Assembly: GCA_032718475.1 (NCBI GenBank) | Contig: JAUCBJ010003330.1 | Location: forward strand, 31,259-95,258 | Length of the DNA stretch: 64,000 bases | From: Nemertoderma westbladi | Lineage: Eukaryota > Animalia > Xenacoelomorpha | Direction: 5' to 3' | Shown here: one piece after another, positions 1-13,837 of the stretch | Position numbering within the stretch: position 1 is the first letter of the stretch | Layout: the number at the start of each line of letters is the position of its first letter | The notes under the pieces: generated by a model | What the model was told of the DNA's origin: nothing | Database searches by the model: none | What the model saw: only the letters and a program-made list of their open reading frames with translations | Program-made: the position numbers and the translations under genes

Positions 1-990
1 TTGGCGGACCGATCTCCCCAAACAAGCGTTGTCTGTTCGGCCTCTCCCCTCGCACTGCAGGTCTCGGACTGCGGAACCCGGTGTCCGAGGCGGCCCACTC
101 GTTCGACATATCGCGAGCTGGAACCTGGACTATCGCTATTGGGAGATCGGCAGTTCTCGCTCACGGACCACCGTAACTGTTTACAGCGAGCGCGGAAAGA
201 AAGACGGGACCAACAGCTCGGAAGGGAGAAGGCCAGTCTGGAGGCTGTGCTGGATGAGTTCCCACAGGCCCGCCGTCGGACGGTCGATCGCGCCGCCAAC
301 TTCCGCTCCAGTGGGTGGATTTCCTCCCTCCCGATAGCCGAACACCAACTTGATCTCTCCCCCATGTGCCGAGTCGGTGCGACGGGTGCGGGGCCGCCTT
401 CGATTTAAACCACGATATAAATTGTAAAAAAGGCGGCCTCGTAATCCAAAGACATAACGAGCTCCGGGATGTGGTCGGCGATCTCGCGGCGCGCGCGTTC
501 GGGCCCAGGAACGTCACCCTCGAGCCGGTGGTCCGCGAACAGCAGGGAGTAGACGGAACATCAGGCCATCGGTGTGATGTGGGGATTCGGGGTGCGCTAA
601 ACCCGCAGACCCAGGCGTTGATCGATATTCGGGTTGTAAACCTTGACGCCGGGTCATATGCGGGTCGCACCCCAATGTCTGTCCTCGAGTCGGCCGAAGA
701 CCAGAAGAAGAGGCTGTACGCGGACGCAGTGACGGCCCGACGGGGCGACTTCTCGCCGTTCGTCGCCTCCTGCGACGGAGTTCTCGCGCCGCAAGCGAAC
801 CATCTTCTCCGTGTGGTGGCAGACCGGCTGCACCGATCGTGGGGGCGGCCCTAAAGCGTCACAATGGGCTGGATCCGTACGCGGGTTCAGTTGGCTATTA
901 TTAGAGGGGCCACCCACTGTCTGCGGGGCTGCCGCACTAAGTGGAGGAGCGCTCAGGGGCCGGATGATGGCGCAGGGTTACCAGAAAGCT
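1..990 (+). mobile_element. 3' part of a CRE-clade non-LTR retrotransposon (zinc finger plus restriction-like endonuclease), degenerate
   Basis: ORFs 1..408 and 366..854 give SSGWISSLP, CDGCG..F...H...CKKGGLVIQRHNELRD, CDVGIRG, IDIRVVN, AEDQKKRLY and FSPFVASCDG. After TAA 852-854 the frame continues WIRTRVQLAIIRG...CRTKWRS...DDGAG, the usual C-terminus of animal CRE-like RLE elements. Confidence 0.85.
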
Positions 991-3201
991 TGCAACCGGT
1001 ATAGTACTGTAGTACAAGCGCTGCTTTATACAGCGGCGTGTTAATAGGTATGAATTTTGTAAATAGTGTTGCCTGGCAACGATATTGGTGTAGGTAGGAT
1101 GTGGTGGAGGTGTATAGACTGTATAGTGTATATTTATGCTGATATATACATCTAAAGTTAATATACGGACTATATCACTTAAAAAAAAATATATAATATA
1201 CATGATGTACATTATATAGTAACCTATACAAATTTAACTTATTCAACAAATAATTTATAGGCCTTGCGAAATCATCTTACACGTATTTGTAAAAGTCATT
1301 CAGTACCTTTTAGAGCTACTGCGGCCGTATCAATCCTTAATACCAAAACCTAACGAGAAATTAATAACAACGACAACGGAGTGAATACTAGAGGTCTCGG
1401 ACCTAAAAAGTCGATATCGCTCACGATATCGCAAATTTTTCATGATTCTGCCACTCGCTTTTGGTTGTATGAAATTGAATCGGTAGGTTTGTACTATGTA
1501 TTTTAGTTTTGTTCTGTACTTAATTCTATAATCAAATTTGTTTAGTAGCAAATCTATATGCAGATTGACTTTATTCGTTTCGTTTCAACGCAACAATGTT
1601 GTGCCTTACAAAAACAATTATTCATCAATATTTATGAGAGACCGTAAAGAAGCAGATCCAAGTTATAGTATAGTAAGTTATAGTAAGTTAGAATGCATCA
1701 GTGGGTTGTAGCAACGGAAGCAGCAACCATAGGATTACCAAAAGAATTAAAATCTTGAAATCCCTAACTAACCTTTGAAATATCTTTTATAAGTTAACTA
1801 TTAACCGGAACTGCTAGCTTTCCAACATATCATACATGTGATAATGAACTTTTTATCCTCATTTATTCAGGCATTTTATTCCGGCTTGCTTTTATACAGT
1901 ATTTTGTAGCACGAAAACTCTTATTAGCAGATAGGGAATGAAGTTGGTGGGACTCTTGAGGCCATTAAAGTTAAATAGAATATTGATTTCTAAACTTATA
2001 CGTTCTCAGTTGCATCCATTTATTCAACAGTTAAACCAGTTAATTAAGCCGATATTCTGTTTATTTATTATTACCAAATCTATATGAATATGTACAGTAT
2101 AATCACCATGTATGTATGTACAATATGTTGCACGTCGTCAGATTTCACTCGCGTAGACTGCTTTTGGGCTCAATTAAAGGATTTAATGAAGGCAAGGAAG
2201 GGTCTTTCACCACGTGGATATAAAAATGGAAGTTAATTATTTACCGTATGGCCATTTCACCCTCGCGGGCGTCTTCAGCGGTAAAATCAATTAAAATAGT
2301 GTTAAAATATAATTAAATTTAAAAAATAGTTCACAATTTAAAAGTTTAGGGTACCTATCAAGCAGCATTTACAGTTAATTAATGGGAAATTTACATTGAA
2401 ATATTAATTAGGGCCTAATTAGAACAGTGAAACGTTGTGAGTACCGGTAGTGCAGTTGCATAGTTGTGGTGGGGCTACAACCTTAGCACTGACTGCCGGT
2501 CAGCAGGTTGCATCCGTGTACCGTGTGTACGATACTGTTGCAATTTTACAGTAGATGCTAAAAAAATATCCAAGTAAACATAATTTATACAGTAGGTAGT
2601 TAATGATAAGGAATGATTGATAATATTGATGGGATGACTGATAAGGATATCTTAGAAATAGAGTTGCAGCTAAATGCAAACCAGATATGTACTAAAGCCG
2701 AACAGCGGGAACATGTACATGTACAACTTTACCGAGAGCGTGACAATGTCCGACTCAACGATAAAGATGTAATGTACAGAACAATTCATTATAAAACGTA
2801 ATTACAGTATAAATAGTAAATAGTTAATAAACTAATAACTTACTGTAGGACTATTGTACCTATTTTTACATTGCACACGGAGGTGAGATTTAACTGCAGA
2901 TTTAAAAGAATGTTGATTATTTAGGTTTTTAATTTCATTAGGCAGAGCGTTCCAATTTTTAATGCCTTTAAAAAATAAAGTATCAGATTCGAAGGATTTA
3001 CAATTAGAGTGGTATTGCCAGACCTGCCTATATAATAGAGACAGGGTACCCCCAAAGCAGACTGATTCGGATCATCCGAGACCGTTAGACTCGCGGCCCC
3101 CCATGGGTAGGTTACAGGAAGAAGATGAGCCAAACGATCCCGGGTTCGAGATCTATATAGATCGAGGTCTGTAGACAGTTCGACTGGTTGGGTAAGTCTC
3201 A

Positions 3202-4310
3202 TGTAAAAGCTTTTGCGGACATATCAAGTCATTTTCACGCAATGCGCAGAATACTCTAAAATAGTCCTCAAATTGTTCAGCTACGCATCGGAAAGAAGTT
3301 AGAACCAAGATGACGAAATCTGTCAGCTGATTCTCTGTGTACGTGGAGGTTTCTTTGTTCTGTCTTATTCAGCCAATCAGAGCAATTTTCACTTTACGGC
3401 TAACAGAGACCTACCTGAGAAACTCGCGCAATGCATGATGGTCATTATTTTTCTGAGAATTAGATTCAGCTCAGAATTCTGGGCTTCTGTACCGAAGTTT
3501 CAGACTTTGGCCCGGGAATATCTGATGGCCTTGGTTATAGGAACGTAAATCTATTAACTGAATCATCACTGAACATAACTGCATCATACTGGTCATACAT
3601 TTCATATGACTCTCATTTCACATCTGTTCACCGCACTGTTTTACTTCTGTTTTATATAGTATTAATTGTTGTTTATACTAATGGATGTTATATTTGGAGA
3701 ATAACGATAAATAATCATAAACCCCTCAATCTTATTGATTACTGAGGTAAGAGGAAAAGAGTATACCGGTAGCAACTGCGACTTAAATTATAGTGGTTTT
3801 TGTGAATTAAATGCTATTTCATAATCCCTACGTGTGTCAGTTGCAATTATATATGATCAAATTCAGTGACGGTCGGCAAATTAGTGTGAAGTAGTGTAAA
3901 GTATTGTGAAGTCGTGTGAAGTAGTGTGAAGGTTAATAAAGCATCTCCTAAAGAATGCGCTATTTACGAAACTCTGTGGCCATCTAGTTGTGATTAGTAT
4001 AAGTCATAACTCTGTTTTTATACTTAAAGCGCCACGTCCTAAAGGAACTGTTAATATTTCCCCGAAAGTAAATATAGTTGTCAGAGATTATATAGTAGCG
4101 ATCAATCGAATAATACAGAGTAGTCTACACTGCAATACTTCCTAAGGAACCCAAATCCAGTCTCCCACACCGTGGGTCATACGCATGGACTGGCTTCGGC
4201 AGATGTAACTTCAGTATACCAGGTAATTGGTAAGGGCTAAAGTCGATTTATAAACAAAAGGACAATTAAAATTGGCAGGTTAAACTGCTAAAGGTCTAAA
4301 AGCACGAACA
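3202..4310 (+). repeat. 5' LTR of BEL-1 (~1.1 kb)
   Basis: Starts TGTAAAAGCTTTTGCGGACA and ends AAAAGCACGAACA. Colinear but visibly diverged copy starts at 16223. Confidence 0.9.
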
Positions 4311-6068
4311 TTAATAGATTTTGTTCTTTATTGTGCAGTAGGCAATAAAGTCGAATGTACCGGTAGGACGGTAAACTGTAGGCCTAATAACCCGAACCGG
4401 TACTTACCTAGTATTATTTCGATTGTGATATATTAGTAGGCTGTTTAAGAGAGTAGGGACTGTACACCCCTTATTTCTTTTAGAGCTTACATATTTCTGT
4501 CAGTTTTATTTTCAGTTTTATTTCTGTCAGTATAATATTCAGCAGAAGGCGTGTAAGCCTGCTCAGATTGTATAAATAATTTGTAGGTCGGATTGTTGTC
4601 TAACTGTTGTTAGGTCTGAGGCGATTGCAGTGTATGTAGAGTGTCTGTCCGATAAAGTGCTAGTTAGGAAGGTGGAGGCATCCAGTGCTGTAAGGTAAAT
4701 CCTCCCCGAAAGAATAAGCCGTACTACTTGGTTAGAACGCCTACTAACTAACCATTTCGGAGTTTGCATATACTGTAGTTTATTTAGGCTTGACAGTAGT
4801 CTGCCAGCATTTGGTCTGTGTTTTATTTGAATAGTCTGTACGGGTAGCGTAATATTTATTAATCAGAGTTTATGCGAGTATTCGCAACCTCCAACTCCCC
4901 AAGTTAATTCCTTACAGTAATTGTGCTTGTTATACATACCGTTATAGTTAAAATACCCCAGTACTACATCAGGGCTGCTTGGCGTAGGTAAAGACTGGTG
5001 ATTTTGTGCTCCGGTCACTCCAGCAGATACCGTGGTTCTTTTGGCTGTTCACGTATATTTAACTGCTGGTTATTTGTTGTATAAGTACTTGTACCTAATT
5101 TAGGGTTTAGAGTACAGTGCTTTCCGAAAGTAATTTAGTGTATTGGCGGTATATTTGTGTTGTAACGTAGTTAATAGGTCCGTTACCTCTGGTTGGCTTC
5201 GATAATTAACCTCTAGGTATAGGACACTCCGGGTACATAATGTAGTACTTATAGTTTAAGACTATAAGTCGTCAGACGGTGGCATTTCCTTATCTGGACA
5301 ACGCAACTTACTTACTACTAATTTATTGGTTTCAAATACCGTAATTTCCTGTCAGTTAGTAAGAACCAGAAATTCTAACTCCTTGTTAGGCTGGTTTGTA
5401 GATTTCTTGTTAAATTACCCTAAAAAATTGTACATGTAACTTGTTTATTGTTTATTTAGAGATTGTGTAATCTCAACCCGATTCGTAAGTAATTGTAGTG
5501 ATAAGTAACTTAGTTAAGTAGAATTATCAGTATCAGTGTCTAACAAGTAGCACTCCACTGAAAGCGTTCAGCTTCTGTGTAGTGACTTCTTACACAGAAA
5601 TAATAACATTTATTTCAAATATTGACAAAACCCATTACGGGTATATATATATTTATAAATCAACTCAACCAGATTTATAAAATAGTAGGCCTGTTATACA
5701 TCAATTAGGTCTTAATATCAGTTGAACTACTGCTTAATATCAGTAATAAAGTAAAGGGAAGTAATCCCTAAAATTCAGAAAATCAGTTATTATTAAATAA
5801 TTGACATTACCGGTATTTACGGAAAGCTTTATTATATTTTTTATAAATTAGGCTAAACTTATATGCCGGTATTCTGTGACTGATCCTTAGTCTGTAATAA
5901 TACTTATATATATACTATAAGTGTATACTGGTATTCTAATATTAAATATATACCACTTTACATTGAGTAGCGATATCGGTAACTACTAGGCTGACAGTTG
6001 ATACTGCTTTCCCCTAGACTTGCTTTAACTGTTATTATAGTAGTAGGCATTCAACTGTAAAATAAATC

Positions 6069-9000
6069 ATGTCTGACACAAAACAAACACTGTCAGATAG
6101 TCTCTTAGAAAGTGTTAGAATGAGTGTCAGAAAGTGTCTTAAAAAGATCTGTGACCCAGATCAAAGTATAGAACATCCTAGAACGATGGAAGAACTAAGG
6201 TCTATTGTAGAGACGCAATGGAACTTCCCCGGACCCAGACTCCCGTTTAACTTATCAGAAGCTGCCTGGGAAGACTTATACCGAATGGGGATAGTAAGGG
6301 ACACTCGAGATCCAGCTGTATGGAAGAGGTCAGCAGCAGGATATGTCCAGGGATTCTTCAACTCCTTGGAACGACTAGAAGAACATTTATTTCAACAACC
6401 ACAAGGACCTCAAGAGCAGGGAGAGCTGCTTTATCAAGTGAGAGAACGTATCTTGCGGATCAGATTAATCCTTTCCGCCTTTGAGGAAGCCTCGAAGAGA
6501 AGCCAAGACACGTCGTTGCAAGTGGCTGTAAAGACTTGGTTCCAACGAGTGAATGTTAAAGTCCAGGGAACAACACGATGGAGGGTTCAGCTAACTGAAC
6601 GAGCAACCCACGGAGAATCGACAGATACAACCTTTTCTCATGTGGAAGGTAAGGCAGTATCTGAAAGACCTAAGAAGAAGGATGCTTTTGACATCTATCT
6701 GTCAGATTATCAACGATTTATAGATGACAAAGAGCCAAGAAGACGTCTAGCTGGCTTTCATCCCAATAGTGAGGGAGCCAAATTCGTGTTGGACTCTTTA
6801 GATGCGGAAATATTAGCTGCGGAGCAGGCTAAATTTGATGAAAGCATCCTCATCGCAATGGACCAAGAAGAACAAATAAAGAAAAGGCAAATAGAAGACT
6901 GAAAGTTAGCAGCAGCGGCGGCAGCGGCAGCGGAGGAAGCTGAAAGAAAAGTGTCAGTGGCAGCGGCAGCGGAAGAAGCTGAAAGAAAGGCGGCAGTAGC
7001 AGAAGCTGAAAGAAAAGCGGCAGTAGCAGAAGCTGAAAGAAAAGCGGCAGTGGCAGAGGCCGAAAGAAAGGCGGTAGCGGCAGTGGCAGAGGCCGAAAGA
7101 AAAGTGGTAGCGGCAGCGACAGTGGCAGAAGCAGAACGGAGAGCATCTGAAGCGACAGCCCAACTAGAGTTGGAGAACCTTCAGGCGAAACAAGATTACT
7201 TGAATAAACTAAGGGCGGCTACTCAGATGCAACTACTGATTCGATCTACTCCCAAAAGACAGGGATTTACCTCCTCTGATGAAGGTGATACAACGGATCT
7301 CGAGGGTAAAGGTAATAAATCTCGCTCAAGCGGATGTAGAAGAGTGCCACACCGGCAGAAGTTACCTAATTTACCTCCTGCAGTAAGAAGGGAACTAGCT
7401 AATGTAGACTTAAGTAATCAAGAACCTACAGACCAAATTACTAGGGTAGAAAGACTCCCTACTATAGTAGATGAACCCGAAATAATTAGGCCTGTTAGCG
7501 AAGCCACCCCTGTGATAGAGCCCCTTTATTTATTCATTTCCACTACGTTCCAGAACCTAACTCTAAATTCCCTTTGCACAGTACCAAACTACCTGTGCCC
7601 AGTAGACAACTGCTGGAATCCCAAACAGTCCTGGACGCCGAGCAAGACATTATTAACAAATTGTCTCCCGTCGTCCCGATGCGCCATCCAGCTACTACGT
7701 TGGCGACTCCCGCCTCTGCGGTTGAGTGGATGGACGAAGGACGACGGGGGATGGAGCAATTGCTCGGACAGCTGGAAAGTAATAAAATTAAGTCTTCCAA
7801 GCAAGTCCGAGAATTGGAAGGGACTGTTCAACTGTTAAAGGGAACAGTGAGAGAGAGTAGGTCAGAGCTGCAAGAAGTACAGCAAAATATCGCTCTAGAG
7901 CGCGATAAATTAGCAAACATACAAATGGGTATACCACCACCCCCTGTAACAATGTGTCAGCCCGTTAGGTCTGAAGTATTTCATGCGCAAGGTGTGGAGC
8001 CTACACGCATCTATACTGCTAGCAAAGTAGAAACTCCCATAGTAAACCCTATTAAGGGTATTTATAAACCTGTTGATAATGATATTCCATACAGATCTGA
8101 TAATAATCCGAGAAATTTATATACCGATAATTCGATATTAAATAATACGATGGCTCAAGAAAGTTTTATACGTCAAATGGCTAGAACCGAAGCCCGTCAA
8201 GCGGTAAAAGTTGGAGAGGTCGTCAAGTTCAATGGAGATGAGATGAAATGGTTACCTTTTAATGAATATTACAAGGATAACATACAGAACTCCATACTAT
8301 CTAATGGAGAGAAACTAACATTCCTCATCGAGTGCTTGGAAGGACCTCCCAAGTTAATGGCGTTAAAGTTTATTGGACATCCAGACGGATTGAGACAAGT
8401 TTGGGATACATTAAACATCAGGTATGGTAATAGGACTAACATAGCTAGGTATCTGTATGCGAAATTAGTAGCGCCCCGAAAGTTTCTTAGCAGCAGGATT
8501 ATAGAGTTTTCCGATGAGATTCAGGAGATCTGTAGACAGCAAGACTGGTTAGGTAAGTCTCCGGAATACCAGAGTTCTATGGTCGTTGGAGCCGTAGCAT
8601 CAACTTTGCCAAAGGGTGGAGTAGGTACTCGCTGGGACAAAAAGGTTCTCTATATGATGGACCAGCAACAAAGAGACCCTACCATGGCTGATCTCATGTC
8701 ATTCTTAAATGGAGTGGTAAGATTACAGCTCCTAAAGCAGTCCAGAGAGAAGACACTGGAAAGTAAGGTAAGTGAAAAACCCGTTACTAGGAGAAAGGTA
8801 ACACCAGTGTGTTATACGGGCGATGGTGAAAGCCAAACTTCCTACGACGAGAACAGCGGCAAGGACACCGAAAGATCTTATTATGTCAATAAAATAAAGA
8901 AAGACGTAAGTAAATCTAAGTCTCGAACCAGTGACAGGAGAGAACAGGTAACAACTCCCCCTATGTATCCTAAGAGAATTCATGGAAGAAAGCCCGAAGA

Positions 9001-9478
9001 AAGAGCAAGTGTACACAACACGACGCAGGTTAAGGTAAGTAACATCAAACCTAAATGTGTATTGTGCGACGGGCCATATCGCTTGAGTGGGTGTGATGAA
9101 TTCTTAAAGAAATCCCTGAAGGATAGACGTGATGTCATGTGGGATAAGCGGTTGTGTTATAATTGCCTCAGACGAGGACATCAACGACGGACCTGTTACT
9201 CAGACGCGAGGTGTGCTAAGTGCGGCACGAAACATCATATCTTGCTGCACACAGAATTTGACAGGACCCGTATGAGTCAGGTAAGTGAACCCGAACTACA
9301 TGTCCAATTCAGTGATGTGAACGAAACTGACCACAGTTCGGAGATGGAAGGATTCTACACGGACGAATTCTCAGACGAAAATGAATCCTGTTATATGATC
9401 AACACAACTGTGTTTCGAGCGCTTACGTATGAGACCGAAACAGAAGGAGAAGATCCTCGACTGTCTATTCCAGATTGA
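6069..9478 (+). pseudogene. gag: BEL-1 gag (in-frame TGA at 6900, frameshift near 7550-7600)
   Basis: ORFs 6069..6902 and 6951..7838 share a frame. ORF 7574..9478 has VKFNGDEMKWLPF...LSNGEKLTFLIECLEGPP (DUF1759-like) and CVLCDGPYRLSGC / CYNCLRRGHQRRTC / CAKCGTKHHILLH, the BEL gag knuckle triplet. Confidence 0.88.
6905..7140 (+). repeat. Coding minisatellite (~27 bp units, AEAERKAAV) inside BEL-1 gag
   Basis: Repeated GCAGAAGCTGAAAGAAAAGCGGCAGT units; translation is coiled-coil-like. Confidence 0.85.
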
Positions 9479-11935
9479 CAGCCCTCTTGGAAAGCGCCAA
9501 CTTCATCTGTTGGTATCCGAGAATTCCCGGTGGTGCAACTGAGGGTGCATGGAATAGGGAGGAGCTTAATAGTAAACGCCCTCCTTGACTCCGGCAGTAC
9601 AGGCACCTTTATCGACAAAGACCTAGCCGAAGATATCTTTGCTGGTCAACCAAAGTTCCGAACCAAACTGAACCTTTCCGGAATTATGCAGGTTTGGAAA
9701 TCCGCAGTAGCCACAGATTACTACGTGGGTGCGTCGTCCACTCCCCAGGATTAACTAGGAGAAAATAGTGTAAGGTCAGTCAAGATGGTGGCGATAAAGA
9801 ACTTTGCTATTAGCCAAGTGGAGCCTTACAACTGGGATGAAGATCATTTTATCCAGAAACACGACATACCTAGATTCAGGACCGATTATCCAGGGGTACA
9901 GATTTTGCTCGGCCAAAATGCGCACGAGGCGCTTGAGACATTAGAAAAACGACCTGCTCGACCGCGACCACTCCAGACGTATGCGGGAAGAACAAGAGTA
10001 GGTTGGTACTTCACTGGACCTTCCCATAGGACTTTACTGGAAAGACTCCCAAGTGAACGAGTCCACCAGGTGAGTGAATGGGAGGAAAATATAAGTGAAG
10101 AAGGAATTCCAGCCGAGGAAACCCCATACCCCTCAGATAACGAAGATAAACATATACTCAGTCGCTCTAATATAAATCAATGGAGACATTGCCCTGGGAC
10201 GATCAATCCAGCTGACATCGCTTCCAGAGGAGCAACTCCTCAAAAATTGATAGATACTCCAGACTGGTTAGGTGGACCCGACTTCCTGAGTAAAGAAGAG
10301 GAGGAATGGCCCCCTCATCTCACCACGGCGGAGATTAGACAAGCCAAGGGAGGAGAGAAAGTCAAACCTAAAACCCGGACGAGTAAATCAAAGTTATTTA
10401 AACCCGTGATAGATCTGTCTATACTACACACCTCCGGTGACGACGCTGTGGATTTAAACACACCCACGGATGTTACAAGAAATACGAATAAATCCGTTAT
10501 AGAAATCAGGGAAAGAGACGGGAAATCTGGAACACCAGACGTCTCGCAAGGACTCTCCCCTCTCCTACAAAGAGCAACAGATCATTATAGCTCCTGGGAT
10601 TGACTTTGCAAGGCCGTTGTGTACCTAAAAAGATGTTTCCATCATCACTATTCCAGGACGAAGATCACTAATGATACTGCTCCAATAGTATCTGAAAAGG
10701 TCCATGCTACTGAAGATCTTCCCACTTATAGAGTGTCTGATAGGTTTCTGACTGAGAAGATCAGTTACCAAGAACATGATGATACCAATAAGCAGATACT
10801 GAGACTCCTGCAATGTTACGAAGATTCCAATAAGTATTTCCTGTTGTGGAGAAATCCACAGATGCGCTTAAGGGATCGATTCTCTAGTACAATGATAGAT
10901 GGGTTAATACGTGTCGGAGGGAGATTAACCAATGCTCCATTGTCCTTTGACACTAAGTTTCCCATACTCATTAGAAATCTTGAAATACAAATCAAGATGA
11001 TTGTAGATGTTCACAGTAGGCTTTACCATGCTGGTAGAGAACGAGTTCTTAGCGAAATTCGAACTCGCTATTATTTCCACAAGCCCCGTAGAGCTCTGAA
11101 CCAAGTTCTTAGGAACTGTATACCCTGTAGGAAAGCATTTAGTAGGCCTTTAACACAGCGAGAGGCAGAATTACCTAGGGAACGAGTAAGCTGTTATGAA
11201 CCACCCTTTACTAATACCGGTGTGGATTTATTTGGCCCTATTGAAGTATATCGTGCTAGGACTATAGACGAGCGATGGTGTGTCATCTTTGTCTGTATGA
11301 CTTGTAGAGCGATCCATCTAGATATGGTGAACGATCTATCTACCAACAGCTTCATACTGAGTTTATGCCGACAGATCGCTCGTTTTGGGACTAGCAACAC
11401 TATGAGATCCGACAAAGGAACAAACTTCATTGGCGCCAATAATGCTTACGTGAAAGATTGGAACCAAAGACAGGTGGACGATCAGCTAAGGGTAACAGCA
11501 TCTAGCTGGACCTTCAACGCCACCGACGCCCCTTGGTGGGGAGGAAGTTGGGAGAGCCTAATACGAAGCGTGAAGACCGCATTTCACTTTATAGTGCTGT
11601 GCCGCTTGTATCTCACCGACGAACTTTTGCGGACGTTAATGGAAGAAATCTCCGCCTATCTTAATGAGAGACCGCTTATGCCAGTCTCATCGAGTCCCGA
11701 CTCCCTAGAAGCGCTAACCCCCGCGCATTTCCTACTAAAGAAACCTGTAGCCATGCTCCCTCAATCGGAAATCACAGACGGAGACGAATACTGCCGACAA
11801 ACTTGGCAGCTTATGCAGTTATTATCCTGTCGTTTCGCTGACCATTTTGAAAAACATTACCTCGAGACTCATATATCCGATGATGGTTTAGTGCGATCGG
11901 TAGCCTGGAATTGTATTCGAAACACAACAACTTAA
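9479..11935 (+). pseudogene. pol: BEL-1 pol remnant: aspartic protease, RNase H C-terminus, integrase (RT absent)
   Basis: Same frame as 7574..9478, with stops at 9476, 9752 and 10601. Motifs: ALLDSGSTGTFI; QWRHCPGTINPADIASRG; H...H...CIPC; TGVDLFGP; SDKGTNF; APWWGGSWESLIRSVK; LNERPL; LTPAHFL. No YVDD motif. Confidence 0.9.
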
Positions 11936-12649
11936 TCGCCCAGTTGGTCGTTTATGTTTACTGGAAAGAGACCGAGAGTTGTCCGGTATCTATGGAAGGC
12001 AAGAGACTCTTCCCACGACCACCTCCCTAATCCAACAAACATCTAGGGACTCCCCAACGTAACAGTGTTTGGAGTGGGTGTGTGACTACATTATTTTATT
12101 TTTTTTATTTTTATACTTATGTATGCATTATTATGTAATTTTAATATTATAATCATTTTCTTTAATTTTATTTCGTAGAATAATATTTTAACGATTATTC
12201 AGTAGATTAGTGCAATATATTCGTGTTTTATTACTTAATTACTTAGTATAATATATTTCGTTTACCGGCGAGAAATAATTCATGTTCTCATTCCTTACTG
12301 TCCGTATCATACTATAAATAAGTGACTACAGTAAGATGAAATGTCCGTACTTATTAAAAGTACAATATACCGCCCCTACTATACTCAAGTATTATTGGTA
12401 AGTAGAGTATTAGGAATGCAAAGTTCAGATCCTCGTGTCTCGGCTAAACCAAGCTCTGGGTAGACCTTGGAAACGACTTGCCTCTTCTCACTGACATTGC
12501 TTCTTGCAATATTGCTCTCATACCATATCTTAAATAATACATATAGTAGAATGATGTCCATTTAACAGTAGCGTTGAAGCTCAAAATATTAACAAATATT
12601 ATTAATATTAATAATGTTATCAAAAAAAATATGTTAATAAATCTTCAAA

Positions 12650-13020
12650 TAAATCTGTTAAACCCTTTGACCATCTGAAATTCTAGTCGATTAAGATATC
12701 GCGGCACCCACTGATATACTTGAAAGACAAAATTCTAGAATCAGTGGTTAACGTCCCCAGACATGTTCTGGAATAAATCGGTGCCCATCTTAAATATTAA
12801 ATATTTAATAAATATTTATAACGTTTGTTGTAACAAATGTTAAAATAGAGGAAATGCTAACAAATTAACTCTAGAAAATCTATAAATCAAATATGTTAAA
12901 ATTTTTGATCCTCTAAAATTCTAGTCAATTAAGATATCGTAGTACTTACCGATACTCTTAAAAGACAAACTTCTGGAATTAAGGATCCTAGTACCCAGAC
13001 ATATTCTGGAATAAAACTGT
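12650..13020 (+). repeat. Two diverged tandem copies (~240 bp period) in the BEL-1 post-pol spacer
   Basis: AAATTCTAGTC.ATTAAGATATCG...AAAGACAAA.TTCT.GAAT...CCCAGACAT.TTCTGGAATAAA at ~12678-12777 and ~12916-13014. Confidence 0.7.
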
Positions 13021-13837
13021 GTCTATTTTAATACCAAATAATAAAATTCACGGGAATAAATTTTAAATTCATATCCTCTCATGAATTTGATAAATTGTTA
13101 TTTTATACAATTTATAACATTCCCAAAATTCCATTGATTAATAGATCATGGGAGTGGAGATTCACCCTATTAAGTATATTAGTGTGAGAGAATCTCCAGT
13201 GTACAGTCAATAGCCGATAAAATTCATAAAATCATGTATAAGGGGAATATTGACAATTAAAGAATCACTATTAAATAGCATCCCAGATCTGTATACATGA
13301 GAATTACCCTAATTCTACCGCTAGCTTTCCATAATGTCACCATAGTAACAACCACGCTAGAATTAGAAGCGAGTTAAAAGAACAATAGAAAACTTTCCCC
13401 ATTGAATAGCATGCGGAATAAATAGCACCTTGCTAGTATCCAGGGATACATAATAATAACGTGGCATTCTGGAAGGCATTTGACTAACGGACAAATGGCC
13501 CTAATTTGTACAAATTGTGACAGGAATGTGGAATTTGTGTATTTATAGGTGAATGTTACTACTAAAGTGTGTTTACAGTAGCGAGTTGCAGTTGTGAAAG
13601 TAGCCCTACCTCTGCAGTAAGAACCTGAAGTAAATCTAAGCCCTTGGGACGGACAGTGGAGTGACTCGCGCTGGTTATTGTTGTCGTTGTGTAGCTACTA
13701 CATTGGCGAGAGGCACAGAGACGACTGTACATCAGCGCTGAGGATCTTGCGCTGTCCGGGGGCACTGAGGGGGAGGCAGCGACGACCGCTAGCCTGATTA
13801 TTATTAATTATAATATTGATAAACTCATATAGCAGCT

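Noticed and set aside
2962-3174. Short ORF with WYCQTC
   Set aside because: A single CxxC in 70 aa, too little to call a PHD or other zinc finger.
3196-3201. TSD for BEL-1 (GTCTCA vs ATCTTA at 18845-18850)
   Set aside because: Only 4 of 6 match; compatible with decay but not supportable.
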